The notes under the pieces: model-generated
What the model was told of the DNA's origin: nothing
What the model saw: only the letters and a program-made list of their open reading frames with translations
Databases searched by the model: none
NCBI GenBank assembly: GCA_018897195.1
Contig: JAHILH010000005.1
Span: 64,745 to 128,744 of the forward strand
Reading direction: 5' to 3'
Source: Patescibacteria group bacterium
GTDB taxonomy: Bacteria > Patescibacteriota > Patescibacteriia > Patescibacteriales > UBA12075
Length of the DNA stretch: 64,000 nucleotides
In this document: in pieces, positions 26,194 through 36,138 of the stretch
Layout of the letters: each line of letters begins with the position of its first letter
Position numbering within the stretch: the first letter of the stretch is position 1
Made by a program: the position numbers and the translations under genes

Positions 26194-27579
26194 TTAAAAT
26201 AAAAAATTTTTAAATTGCCACGGATCATTCTCATCAACATCTTCGGCAAAATGCTTAATACGCCCTTGTAGCGGTGTCCAATCACTATATTCACCAATCA
26301 TTATCCCAAGATATGGCTTCGCAATGCTTAAAATTTCTTCATGGGGAATTTCTTCTGGTTCGACAATTCCGCAATTTGGATTTTTTATTGCCCAGATCAT
26401 ACCAGCAAGAACTCCAGCAGATACCTGTAATGACGTTGCATTGTTATTTGGTGCTAGTTTACGCGCATCTTTTATTGAAAGCCGAGATCCGTACCAATAA
26501 GATTGTTTTTTATGACCCATCAAAAGTACCCCGAGCTCATCTACACCTTCAACCACATCCCCAATAATTACTCGTTGCTTATCTTGCTGCTTCCAGCCAC
26601 GAACATCAAATTCCTGCAAAGAACGCCTAGCATCATCACATGGAGTATAAGCAAAATGTACAGTGGGGCGATATTCAGGATTATCTCCACTTCCTATCGT
26701 TAAATAATCAGCAATGGATATAGATTCATTATGTGTGATTAGAAATCCAACTTGATTGCCACCAAGAGGTGTCCATGTGCGAACAAGAGTTGACATTCCT
26801 TTGCGCTTAAGGCTAATAGCAGCCTTACATCCAAAAGTAAATCGCTCTCCATCTGTAGGAAAATATTTTTCATGACTACCCCATCCCAATTCTGGCATTT
26901 GCAAGCTTTCAACAATAAAACTGTCTACCGACCATGAATTTACAAATTCACCATGATTTTTTGGAGAAATACAAACCTGTGTATCTTCCTCGGCAATATG
27001 AATTGATTTGATATTAAGTGTTTTAGCCAACATTGCCCATCCCTCTCGTGACACAGGAATCGACTCAAGCACGCCCGTATCACGAGCAATTTGAACAAGT
27101 GCTTCTTTAACAAAGCATGAAACCAATCCAGGATTCGCCCCAAGAGTAATGACCGCTGTCGTGCTATGTGCACCATATTTTTTTTTAAGATTTAGGGCAC
27201 CTTCACGAAGAGTATAGTTTAAATGTTCGTTTACGTTGCTAGCAGAATTACTCCACACCTCCGTACATGTATCGAGATAGATTACTTTTTTTTGTTGACA
27301 AAAATCAATAATATCATTACTTGAAACATCAACGGCGAGATGCAGCAGAACATCGCCCTTCTTTAAGAATGGCTTCAAAACTGATTTATAATTATCCTTC
27401 GTAAGAGGATTGACAAAAAAATTGACCCCATACTTCTTAGCAATTTTTTCTCCTCGCTTGTCACCCGTAATAATTGTAATTTGATCAGGATTTATTTCTA
27501 TATGGCGCAAAATTAAGGGAAGCACTCCTTGTCCAATAGATCCAAACCCAAGAATAACTAAACGATTTGTAAATATCAT
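26194..27579 (-). CDS. Homospermidine synthase-like / saccharopine dehydrogenase-family NAD-binding enzyme
   Basis: N-terminal Rossmann motif RLVILGFGSIGQGVLPLILRH and a length of ~460 aa match my recollection of bacterial homospermidine synthases. Not verified by search. Confidence 0.6.
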   Translation of the reverse strand: MIFTNRLVILGFGSIGQGVLPLILRHIEINPDQITIITGDKRGEKIAKKYGVNFFVNPLTKDNYKSVLKPFLKKGDVLLHLAVDVSSNDIIDFCQQKKVIYLDTCTEVWSNSASNVNEHLNYTLREGALNLKKKYGAHSTTAVITLGANPGLVSCFVKEALVQIARDTGVLESIPVSREGWAMLAKTLNIKSIHIAEEDTQVCISPKNHGEFVNSWSVDSFIVESLQMPELGWGSHEKYFPTDGERFTFGCKAAISLKRKGMSTLVRTWTPLGGNQVGFLITHNESISIADYLTIGSGDNPEYRPTVHFAYTPCDDARRSLQEFDVRGWKQQDKQRVIIGDVVEGVDELGVLLMGHKKQSYWYGSRLSIKDARKLAPNNNATSLQVSAGVLAGMIWAIKNPNCGIVEPEEIPHEEILSIAKPYLGIMIGEYSDWTPLQGRIKHFAEDVDENDPWQFKNFLF

Positions 27580-27727
27580 TTCTTTTCAAAAAAATTTATT
27601 AATTAATTTCAATACAATATTTAACACACTTCTTGCTATTATTATATAATTAAATATGAATTTAAGCAAACAAAAAAATCGCCATACGAATAAATTCGTA
27701 TGGCGATGACTGTACGCGTCAATGCAT

Positions 27728-28066
27728 TTAAATTGACAGCAGGAATACTGCAACAAAGGCAGCAATTATTCCACCCACATTGGCAGCACTGAGACTTTCT
27801 CCAAAAACTAATACGCCGATAGAAACTGTGGCCGCAAGACTCATAACCGACCAAATAGCGCCAACAATGGCTAAGTTGTTTTTTTGGAGCATTGCTGGCA
27901 ACCAGGCCATTGCGCCAAGCCCATAGGCGACGAGTATCAAGCCTACATAAATCCAGCTCGGTGAAAGAGCAAATTTCTTTGACAGAAACTCGCCTACTGC
28001 AAAGAACAAGGCAGAAATAACCAACCACCAAAAATAATGAATACAATTCAGTGAATTTAATAGCAT
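27728..28066 (-). CDS. SMR/half-DMT-type small membrane transporter (4 TM, 112 aa)
   Basis: Four hydrophobic helices, a conserved Glu in helix 1 (AVGEFLSKK), and small size. The overlapping track ORF 27642..28046 is an alternative frame. Confidence 0.55.
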   Translation of the reverse strand: MLLNSLNCIHYFWWLVISALFFAVGEFLSKKFALSPSWIYVGLILVAYGLGAMAWLPAMLQKNNLAIVGAIWSVMSLAATVSIGVLVFGESLSAANVGGIIAAFVAVFLLSI

Positions 28067-28253
28067 TGTCCTCTCCTTATATGATTGGGATTACTGTAAA
28101 GAACTATTCGATAATTTCTATAATAGCATAAATAAAGAAAATTGTCAATAGGTATATATTTATATAACTAATATTAAACAAAAAATTGCATAATTTAGGG
28201 AATAAAAATATAAAACATGAAGAAATGCCTATTTCTGGTATTTTAGGGATAAT

Positions 28254-29096
28254 TTACACCACTCCGAGAATTCGGACCAAGGAGCAATATTCTTCTATCT
28301 CCTTTTTTGCCTTGATGAAATTCGGGTCGCTCGGCAAAGATTCAATTTCAAGAAAAAAATAATAATCCCAGCCCTTGTCTATTCTTTTCCGAGAATGTAA
28401 CTTAACTAGGTTTAATTTTCTCCTGGTGAGAACATTAAGCACATCACTTAATAAGCCTAGACGATCACGAGAAGCAATAATCATTAAAGTATTTTCTTGT
28501 TTTAAATTTTTAACTAGATTGTTTTTTTCATTTTTTGACAAAACATAAAACTCGGTATAATTATCCTTATAGTCCTGGATATTTCTCGCCAAAATCTTCA
28601 ACCCATGTTTCTTAGCTGTTGTTTCATCGGCGATAAAAGCCACTTCCGGATCGGTTGTAGAAACAATTGCCTCAACTGAACTTGATTCAGACGCAAGAAT
28701 CGCCTCTGGCAAATTAGCACTCAACCACTCCTTGCATTGACTAAGTGGCTGAACGTGCGACTTAACCTGTTTTATCAATAACACATCATCAACTCGTGCT
28801 GCTAAGCAATGATGTATTTCCTTAATATAAGATCCAACCACATTAAGAGGATAATCCAGTAAAGAATCAATCGTTTCCTGGACTACACCTGCAATCGAAT
28901 TTTCCGCCGGCACAACCGCAAAATCAACCATTTCATTTTCAACATTATCAAAAACTTTTTTTATCGTGGGTGCCATTATGAAAGTTCCTGTTTTTGAAAA
29001 AATCTCTCGCGCGGCTAAATATGAATATGTCCCAACTGGGCCTAGACAAGAAATTTTGGCCACCTCCGTCTCAAGCACTGATTCATTTTCTTTCAT
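28254..29096 (-). CDS. pheA: Prephenate dehydratase (PDT + ACT domains)
   Basis: ISCLGPVGTYSYLAAREIF, VVPAENSIAGVV, and a C-terminal ACT-like region LMIIASRDRLGLLSDVLNVL. Confidence 0.8.
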   Translation of the reverse strand: MKENESVLETEVAKISCLGPVGTYSYLAAREIFSKTGTFIMAPTIKKVFDNVENEMVDFAVVPAENSIAGVVQETIDSLLDYPLNVVGSYIKEIHHCLAARVDDVLLIKQVKSHVQPLSQCKEWLSANLPEAILASESSSVEAIVSTTDPEVAFIADETTAKKHGLKILARNIQDYKDNYTEFYVLSKNEKNNLVKNLKQENTLMIIASRDRLGLLSDVLNVLTRRKLNLVKLHSRKRIDKGWDYYFFLEIESLPSDPNFIKAKKEIEEYCSLVRILGVV

Positions 29097-29110
29097 AATT
29101 CTTAAAGAAG

Positions 29111-30001
29111 TTAAACATTAATAAAATCTAGCCATTTGCGATATTTAGGGATTTTTCCTCTGACAATATCTGCATAGCTTTCTTTGATATCTTTAGCAAC
29201 GGTACCAATATTTCCCTTTCCAATCAATTTATTATCTATCTTTCCAATTGCGTTTATTTCTACGGCTGTTCCAGTAAAGAAAGCCTCTTCAAAATTCTTT
29301 ATTTCCGCTGGCCGAATATTTTTTTCAACCACTGCAAATTTCTTATCTTTTAAAATGCGGATAACGCTATCGCGAGTCAAGCCTGGCAAGATGCTATCTC
29401 GCTTAGGTGTAAATACTTTTTTGCCTTTTACAAAAAAAATATTTTCCCCGGGGCCTTCAGCAATATTTCCCTTGTAGTCCAAAAGCAAAGCCTCATCAAA
29501 ACCAGATTTTTTTGCATCCAACGCGGCGATTATCGAATTAGAATAATGGCCGGAAATCTTAGCTCCCATCACACTTGACTGCGGATGAATCCTGACATAT
29601 GGAGAAATCTTTATTGACACACTATCCTTTTCCAAATACTTTCCCCATGACCAGGCCGCAATCGCGAAATGAACTGGTGCGCCAACCGGCAAAAGACCCA
29701 TCTTTTCTCCGTAGAAAATTATCGGCCGAATATAACACTCCTTGAGTTTATTTTTTTTAATCAAAACTTTGGTCGCTTCCAAAATATCCCCCTTTGAATA
29801 TGGAACTTCCATGCCTATAGTTTTCGCGGAATAAAAAAGTCGATCAATATGATCCTTTAATCGAAAGATGGCTGGACCATCTGCGGTGTCATAACAACGA
29901 ATACCCTCAAAAACGGCGGAGCCATAATGAAGGCTGTGATTCAAAATCGGCACAGTTGCCTTTGACGAATCAATAAATTTTCCATTTAGCCAAATAAACA
30001 T
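29111..30001 (-). CDS. ilvE: Branched-chain amino acid aminotransferase (class IV)
   Basis: LHYGSAVFEGIRCY, YIRPIIFYG and the E..G.NIFFVK pattern typical of IlvE/DAAT-fold enzymes. Confidence 0.85.
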   Translation of the reverse strand: MFIWLNGKFIDSSKATVPILNHSLHYGSAVFEGIRCYDTADGPAIFRLKDHIDRLFYSAKTIGMEVPYSKGDILEATKVLIKKNKLKECYIRPIIFYGEKMGLLPVGAPVHFAIAAWSWGKYLEKDSVSIKISPYVRIHPQSSVMGAKISGHYSNSIIAALDAKKSGFDEALLLDYKGNIAEGPGENIFFVKGKKVFTPKRDSILPGLTRDSVIRILKDKKFAVVEKNIRPAEIKNFEEAFFTGTAVEINAIGKIDNKLIGKGNIGTVAKDIKESYADIVRGKIPKYRKWLDFINV

Positions 30002-30075
30002 ATAATTGATATTTAATTTTAAAAAAAGCCAATTGCAGTCTTTACAATTGGCTTTTCATCTTACTTTTTCTAAAT

Positions 30076-31323
30076 TTATTTCTTCAATTTCTGCGCCAAT
30101 TGATCCAATGGAATTATTTCACTTTCTTTCGTTGCACGATGAGAGAATTCCCCACCACCAGCAGCTAAAGACTTATTACTGATAATAAAACGTGCGCTAA
30201 TTCCGATCAAGTCTGCGTCGGCAAATTTTTCTCCCGCCATGGCATCACGATCATCATAGAGTACTTCGATATTATTTCTTCGCAATTCATTGTAAAGTGC
30301 TTCGGCTTCTTCATTCTTACCTAAACTAATCAAGTGCACGGCAAATGGTGAGACTGCTTCTGGCCACATAATGCCTTTGTCGTCATTATTCAACTCCACA
30401 ATCGCACCCATCAATCTCGACGGACTCATGCCATATGAACCCATGACCACCAATTCTTCTTTTCCTTCTTCATTTTTATAAGTGAGATTAAAGGCTTCGG
30501 AAAATCTGTGTCCCAAATTATAAATGTCACCAACCTCGATTGATTTGTGCCCCACCAATTCTTCCTGTTTCAAAGTTACGCCAAAGTCTTTCAACACCTC
30601 TTCATTAAAATCATCTTTGTTAATGGCGATTCTTTTTTCTTCATCAATAATATACACGACATCTTCACCTGCCTCAGAAAGAGTTTGGAATTCGTAAGAA
30701 TATTTTGAAAATGAACCACCGGAAGAAATTGTGATGTAAGTCTTATCACCCATACCCAAGCGATCAAAAACGCGCATGTAAACATCTTTCATTTTTTCGT
30801 AAAACAATTCGTGTTCTTCGTGACTGCGAGAAAAAGAATACAAATCCTTCATCAAGAATTCACGACCGCGCATCAAGCCTGATTTTGCACGTGACTCATT
30901 GCGAAATTTTGTTTGGATTTGATATGGATAAACCGGCAAATCCTTGTAAGAACTAGTATGATTTTTCATCATTCTTGTTATTGCCTCTTCATGCGTAAAA
31001 CCCAGTCCTAATTCTGTGCCATTTTTCAATTTTGTCTTGAACCAATTATCAACAACATCATCGCTCCAACGATTCGTCTTTTCCCAAATTTCTTTTTCTT
31101 GCAAGGCCGTCATAGTTAATTCCTGTCCACCAGCCGCATCCATTTCCTCACGAATAATATTTGAAATCTTATTAATTACTTTAATCCCTAATGGCAAATA
31201 AGCATAAGCGCCGGCTAACTCCTTGTTCACAAAACCACCACGAATTAATAATTGGGCATTCTTGCTCACCTCATCCTTTGGCGCCTCTCTTCTTGTCTTG
31301 GTAAATAAGTGTGACTGTTTCAT
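30076..31323 (-). CDS. proS: Proline--tRNA ligase, short form (no large insertion/editing domain)
   Basis: The N-terminus MKQSHLFTKTRREAPKDEVSKNAQLLIRGGFVNKELAGAYAYLPLG matches the bacterial ProRS pattern. Class II motifs FRNESRAKSGLMRGREFLMKD. Anticodon-binding C-terminus. Only 415 aa. Confidence 0.8.
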   Translation of the reverse strand: MKQSHLFTKTRREAPKDEVSKNAQLLIRGGFVNKELAGAYAYLPLGIKVINKISNIIREEMDAAGGQELTMTALQEKEIWEKTNRWSDDVVDNWFKTKLKNGTELGLGFTHEEAITRMMKNHTSSYKDLPVYPYQIQTKFRNESRAKSGLMRGREFLMKDLYSFSRSHEEHELFYEKMKDVYMRVFDRLGMGDKTYITISSGGSFSKYSYEFQTLSEAGEDVVYIIDEEKRIAINKDDFNEEVLKDFGVTLKQEELVGHKSIEVGDIYNLGHRFSEAFNLTYKNEEGKEELVVMGSYGMSPSRLMGAIVELNNDDKGIMWPEAVSPFAVHLISLGKNEEAEALYNELRRNNIEVLYDDRDAMAGEKFADADLIGISARFIISNKSLAAGGGEFSHRATKESEIIPLDQLAQKLKK

Positions 31324-31520
31324 ATTATTTGAAATTTAATTATCTTTAAATTATAAGCTAATTTTACCAAGAAATTATGCCATTTGTCAATCCCCAACCA
31401 CAACCAATAAAAACAAAAATATTTATAAACATTTGACAAAAAACAAAATAAATCGTAACTTATAATATCGAACTTTAACAATTTAATAAAAATTATCCAA
31501 TCTCTATATGGAGAAATATC

Positions 31521-32210
31521 ATGCTTAAATTTAAAAGACGCACATACGATAATGCCAGACAAGTTTCGCGCAGAGCCAAGGAGTTAAGAAACTTTAAATT
31601 AATTAAAGAAGCGGACATTCTTTTGCGTGCCGCCATTATTGAGTGGCCGAATAATCTATTTCTCTATAACCAACTCTTATGTTGTCAAAAAGATACCAGT
31701 GAAGCTTGGCGAATTTTCTTGCGAATTAAACGAAGTGGACTAATCGCAGATCGCTATACCTACGGAACTTTAATTAATATTTATTTTTTAGCCAGAAAGG
31801 AAAAGCATATTGTTGAAAGGCTTGACCCAGGTAACATACCTATTGACGCCCTACCGACTTATGCTGAAGCACTCAGAAAAATCAAGAGCTACGAAGATTG
31901 TATCAAATGGTGCGATGTCGCCTTGTCTCATTCTGACAAAAAAGAAATTCGCGAGCATGCCTGGATCAATAAGCTTTATTGCTATATGCACATTGACGGA
32001 AAAGAATTTCTACAAGCCATCGCCAATCCGCTACTATCATTAAATAGCCCATATTATTATCGTTATATAGCCGCGAAGGTTTATGGTGGTGCCTACGAAG
32101 ATTGGGAAAAATCTGAAATTGAAGATATACTCAAAAAAGCATTAGAAAACAAAACTCACAAAAACTTGGGGACTGACATCAGCCATGCCTTAAGCATAAT
32201 TCAATCATGA
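31521..32210 (+). CDS. Helical-repeat protein with PPR/TPR-like repeats (hypothetical)
   Basis: AWRIFLRIKRSGLIADRYTYGTLINIY resembles a pentatricopeptide repeat (A...F..M...G..PD..TY..LI..Y). The rest appears helical. Ends with TGA. Confidence 0.4.
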   Translation: MLKFKRRTYDNARQVSRRAKELRNFKLIKEADILLRAAIIEWPNNLFLYNQLLCCQKDTSEAWRIFLRIKRSGLIADRYTYGTLINIYFLARKEKHIVERLDPGNIPIDALPTYAEALRKIKSYEDCIKWCDVALSHSDKKEIREHAWINKLYCYMHIDGKEFLQAIANPLLSLNSPYYYRYIAAKVYGGAYEDWEKSEIEDILKKALENKTHKNLGTDISHALSIIQS

Positions 32211-32289
32211 ATCAACCAAGCCAGGTCTAGATATAAAGACCTGGTTTTTTTATTATTGATTTATCTATTTATTCTGCTACAATAGTCAC

Positions 32290-32862
32290 ATGATTTTACT
32301 CACCAGAAAAGACATCCTAGAAAACAAAGATTTTTACATTGACGAAATAAAAAACGGCAAAGTTTTTATTTATCCGACCGATACATTGTTCGGCCTCGGC
32401 ATTGATGCCACAAATCAAAACGGCGTAGAGAGAATTTTCCAAATCAAAAATCGCAACGCCAAGCCCATGCTCATCATTGCACCTTCTTGGCAATGGCTTA
32501 AAACTAATTGCGTGCTTACCAAAGAGAATTATTCAACCCTAAAACAAAAACTCCCTGGTGCTTATTCGTTTGTCGTGAACTTAAAAAACAAAACCGCTAT
32601 TTACGAAAAGGTAAATAACGGTCAAGACAGCCTTGGTGTTAGAATTCCCGATTGTTGGTTTACTGAATTAATCCAGCAAGCCAAAGTCCCCTTCGTCACC
32701 ACCTCAGTAAATCTCTCCGGACAAGCATCAGCTTTGAAAATAAGCGAGATTCCGGAAAAAATATTAGCGCAAGTTGATTATGTCATTGACGACGAAACGT
32801 CATTGAGCGGTAAGGCTAGTACGATTATTGATTTACGTGGTGAAGAGAGAGTATTGCGATAA
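32290..32862 (+). CDS. tsaC: L-threonylcarbamoyladenylate synthase (TsaC/YrdC family)
   Basis: FIYPTDTLFGLGIDATN, IFQIKNRNAKPMLI, LGVRIPD, TSVNLSG. Confidence 0.85.
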   Translation: MILLTRKDILENKDFYIDEIKNGKVFIYPTDTLFGLGIDATNQNGVERIFQIKNRNAKPMLIIAPSWQWLKTNCVLTKENYSTLKQKLPGAYSFVVNLKNKTAIYEKVNNGQDSLGVRIPDCWFTELIQQAKVPFVTTSVNLSGQASALKISEIPEKILAQVDYVIDDETSLSGKASTIIDLRGEERVLR

Positions 32863-32932
32863 AATTATTTTCACTTGTTGTAAAATTAATGCAGTCGCAC
32901 TTTTTTTTCACAACAATTAGTTCATGCGCATA

Positions 32933-33655
32933 TCACTCTACGTCAAGATGATAAGCGAGTTTAATTATTTTTTTAGCAACAATAATTAACGGATCAACAG
33001 TTTTGTTATTATCAATATTTAATAAAGATAATTCTGTGCAACCCAGAATAACCATATCCGCCCCTTTATCTAACAAACGTTCAACCAAAGCATTTAACAC
33101 ATAAGCATTTATTTTTGTTTCCACAAATCCTGACTTCAGGCCGGTGCTACTATAAATTAATTCCGTAACCACTTCCTGAGTTTCTTTGTCTGGCAAGATT
33201 TCCTCAAAATTATACTTCTCAAAATACTTGCGATACACGCCTGATTTGATTGTGCCGTCGGTGGCCAGGAGGCCAATTTTCTTTACATCCGGGAGACATA
33301 CCGACAAGTAATTTACTGTTTCTTCCACAAGATTAACAAGTGGTAAAGTCGACTGATTTTCTATTGCCTCGATTTGGGCATGCGCAGTATTGCACGCAAT
33401 AACGCCAATTGCGGCACCAAAATTTTTTAACTGATTTAACGAGGTAGCAATTGATAAACTAAAGTCCTCGCCGCTTTCGAGACAGGCTGTTCGATCATTA
33501 ATGTGCGGGTTGGTAAAACAAACCATTTTGATATGATCCTGGTCTTTTTGAGCCGGAGAAAATTTAATAATTTTTCTCTGTAACTCAACACCAGCCAACG
33601 GTCCCATGCCGCCAAGAATGCCCAGTGTAAAATTTTTATCAATCACTTGATTCAT
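32933..33655 (-). CDS. Aspartate/glutamate-family amino acid racemase
   Basis: ILGGMGPLAG, plus the two catalytic Cys contexts IACNTAH and LGCTELS. Confidence 0.8.
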   Translation of the reverse strand: MNQVIDKNFTLGILGGMGPLAGVELQRKIIKFSPAQKDQDHIKMVCFTNPHINDRTACLESGEDFSLSIATSLNQLKNFGAAIGVIACNTAHAQIEAIENQSTLPLVNLVEETVNYLSVCLPDVKKIGLLATDGTIKSGVYRKYFEKYNFEEILPDKETQEVVTELIYSSTGLKSGFVETKINAYVLNALVERLLDKGADMVILGCTELSLLNIDNNKTVDPLIIVAKKIIKLAYHLDVE

Positions 33656-34574
33656 AGAAATGTTTTTCTAAAAATGTTTTAAAGTTTTCATAGGCAATTT
33701 TATCCTTTGCCTTTGTGCCTAATTTTTCTTCAATCTTATCAAATAAATCAGGATATTTATCAATGCCCTCTAAGTCAACGGGGGTGCCGGTAGTAATACC
33801 TCCAAAATCACTACCGATCATAACCGCGTTAGGCGCTAATTTGTACAAATATTCTGCTTGCCTAAAGGCGTCTTCCAGACTTGCCCTCGAGTTTGTGGCC
33901 AAATATTTTTTAGAAAAAAATATTCCAATTACGCCATGCTTTTTATCCAACAAAGAAATTTGTTCATCTTTGAAATTTCTAGCACCTGGACAAATATTGT
34001 ATGCATTTCCGTGCGACACCATTACCGGTTTCTCACTTATCGCCATAACATCATAAAAGCTTGCCTCATTGGCATGTGCCAAATCAATTATGATTCCGAG
34101 TTTATTTATTTTTTTAATCAACTTTCGCCCAAAGTCACTCAATCCACCCTCATTATTAGCACTCGCCATAATAGCATTTCTTTTTCCCCAGACCAATCCT
34201 ACTGACCGCAATCCTAGCTCGTAAAATTCTGTTAAACAATTCTCATTCTCTGGCGTTAAAAAATCTAAACCCTCAATGTGCAAGAGTAGTCCATGCTGTT
34301 CAGATTCCAATAACGTAGTCAAATCCTTTTTACCCCTCACGATAATCATTTTGTTTTCCTGAGCCAATCTTTGGTATTCGTTCAACTCTGCTCTCACCAT
34401 CTCTATCAATTCTTCATTAGTCTTATTTTCACTATCAATAAAAACCGAAGCGACCACTAGCTTAACAGCTGAATCATTAATCACCTGAAATCCAGTTTGT
34501 AAAACCTCGTCCTCTTTTTTGTTTTGCTCATACCACAGTAAGTCCTGGTGAGCATCAAATACTTGTAAATTCAT
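33639..34574 (-). CDS. Membrane-dipeptidase family (M19) metallopeptidase
   Basis: VFDAHQDL, IIDLAHANE, MVSHGNA, IGSDFGG. Its TGA stop (33641-33639) lies inside the racemase start region (17-nt overlap). Confidence 0.75.
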   Translation of the reverse strand: MNLQVFDAHQDLLWYEQNKKEDEVLQTGFQVINDSAVKLVVASVFIDSENKTNEELIEMVRAELNEYQRLAQENKMIIVRGKKDLTTLLESEQHGLLLHIEGLDFLTPENENCLTEFYELGLRSVGLVWGKRNAIMASANNEGGLSDFGRKLIKKINKLGIIIDLAHANEASFYDVMAISEKPVMVSHGNAYNICPGARNFKDEQISLLDKKHGVIGIFFSKKYLATNSRASLEDAFRQAEYLYKLAPNAVMIGSDFGGITTGTPVDLEGIDKYPDLFDKIEEKLGTKAKDKIAYENFKTFLEKHFYESSD

Positions 34575-34636
34575 ATATTTAAATTAATAATAAGTAAAAG
34601 ATTTGAGCTGCTGTTTTTGGCAACAGCTCAAATTAT

Positions 34637-35872
34637 CTAGGGCTTAAGTAGGCGTCGAGAATCTGCCAAAACTTTCAAAAGTGCCTGGCATTCATTCATG
34701 GAAAAATTCTCTGCCATTGCACTGACACATAGAGGTTCACCGGCCTTCAAAATGTCATAATGAGAAAAGAAGTGGCCTTCAAGAAAATCATCTTGTCCAA
34801 GAATCCTCTTGGACAGTTCATTGCCGTCGTGCATCTCGCGGGCAAGATTAAGCATCTTGCCACTAAACGGTTGACTGAGAATTTTCAACTCCTCCTGTAA
34901 TTCTGGTGTGTTTTGCCTGCCCTTTTTAACATCATTCAACAGCGCTCGTTTTTCGATTACAATTCTACGATATTGCAAAAGATTGACAATCAAATCATCA
35001 AGCGCTGGCATTTCACTTTGCAAAGCTGCAAAACGAAAATTAAACGTGGGCACTACAGTCAAGCGTAGCTTTTCAGGCAACCCCTTGAACTCCGAAACCA
35101 CCTTGGCATAAATCTCATTAATCTCCCTTTGCCGTGCATCGACTTTGATATAGCGCGCCATATCCGGACCAGCCAGTTCAAAAATGTCATCCCTGTCTGA
35201 TGCTAGTGCCGCCAGTGCACAGTTTATTACCAACACCGCATGCAATGTTGGCAAAACTCCGTGATGAAGCGGATCAAAGTTTTTACACATAGCCAAGTTA
35301 TGCAAGCTCTGCATGGTCAGACTATTTGTTTGACAAAAGAGAGACCCGATAAGACGACTATCACACTTCGAAGTATTCCCATCACGATCAACGCAACGAT
35401 TAAACAGTTCAGGATAGTAAAAATGCAAAATTGCTGACAACTCTTCAACCACCTCCTCTTGTCCGAGATAAAATTGCGATTCTGTGCCAACAAGAGTTGG
35501 ATACATTTTTCGCAGAACGCCGAGATGAAATTCAGCCAAATTACTATAACCATTTACCAAACCGACAGTCACGTCGCTTAAAACGCCTTGGGAAATAGGC
35601 GCGAACGGTGTTAAGACATTCCCCGCTTCACTGACTAAAAACCGTTGACCGCCCAAAATTACATGTGCCGGCCAATAATTCTTATCGTCCTGGGCTAAAT
35701 TACGATCGTACAGTTGCGCTGGAAAACCAGCAGCCAATAAGGCCATGTTGGATAAGTACTGGTTACCAATGTGACTAGTTCGTGCCACAAAATAACCAGC
35801 CTGCAAAGACAGATTTAGGTCCGCTACTGTTAAATCACCACCATCAACAACCTCAATACCGCAATTTCTCAT
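34637..35872 (-). CDS. Hypothetical protein (411 aa), no recognisable domain
   Basis: ORF track. Soluble. Visibly more GC-rich than the flanks. Has its own hairpin terminator (tttgagctgctg...cagctcaaa at ~34599-34630). Confidence 0.5.
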   Translation of the reverse strand: MRNCGIEVVDGGDLTVADLNLSLQAGYFVARTSHIGNQYLSNMALLAAGFPAQLYDRNLAQDDKNYWPAHVILGGQRFLVSEAGNVLTPFAPISQGVLSDVTVGLVNGYSNLAEFHLGVLRKMYPTLVGTESQFYLGQEEVVEELSAILHFYYPELFNRCVDRDGNTSKCDSRLIGSLFCQTNSLTMQSLHNLAMCKNFDPLHHGVLPTLHAVLVINCALAALASDRDDIFELAGPDMARYIKVDARQREINEIYAKVVSEFKGLPEKLRLTVVPTFNFRFAALQSEMPALDDLIVNLLQYRRIVIEKRALLNDVKKGRQNTPELQEELKILSQPFSGKMLNLAREMHDGNELSKRILGQDDFLEGHFFSHYDILKAGEPLCVSAMAENFSMNECQALLKVLADSRRLLKP

Positions 35873-36138
35873 TGTCTTCCTCCCCGAATAGTGTTTAGTG
35901 AAAGCCAGACTTAAGCTCTAAAATTATAAAGAACAAAAAAGCAGCTTATTTGTAAGCTGCTTTTTTATAGTTAAATAGAGAGAGTCGAAATATTTAAACA
36001 CGGAAAAACAGCCTAAAAGATGCTTGCAAATGCAAGGGCAAAGTTCTCCATGTAAAGCTGTTTATGTTTAAATAATTCATATTGATATCAATATAGCAAA
36101 AAATATTTTTTTCGTCAATGGGGTTAAAAATTTCTGTT

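Noticed and set aside
27642-28046. Track ORF (-, 134 aa, Cys-rich) overlapping the SMR-like gene
   Set aside because: It is an alternative frame of the same DNA. The 112-aa frame gives four clean TM helices, while this one gives a low-complexity C/R/W-rich product.
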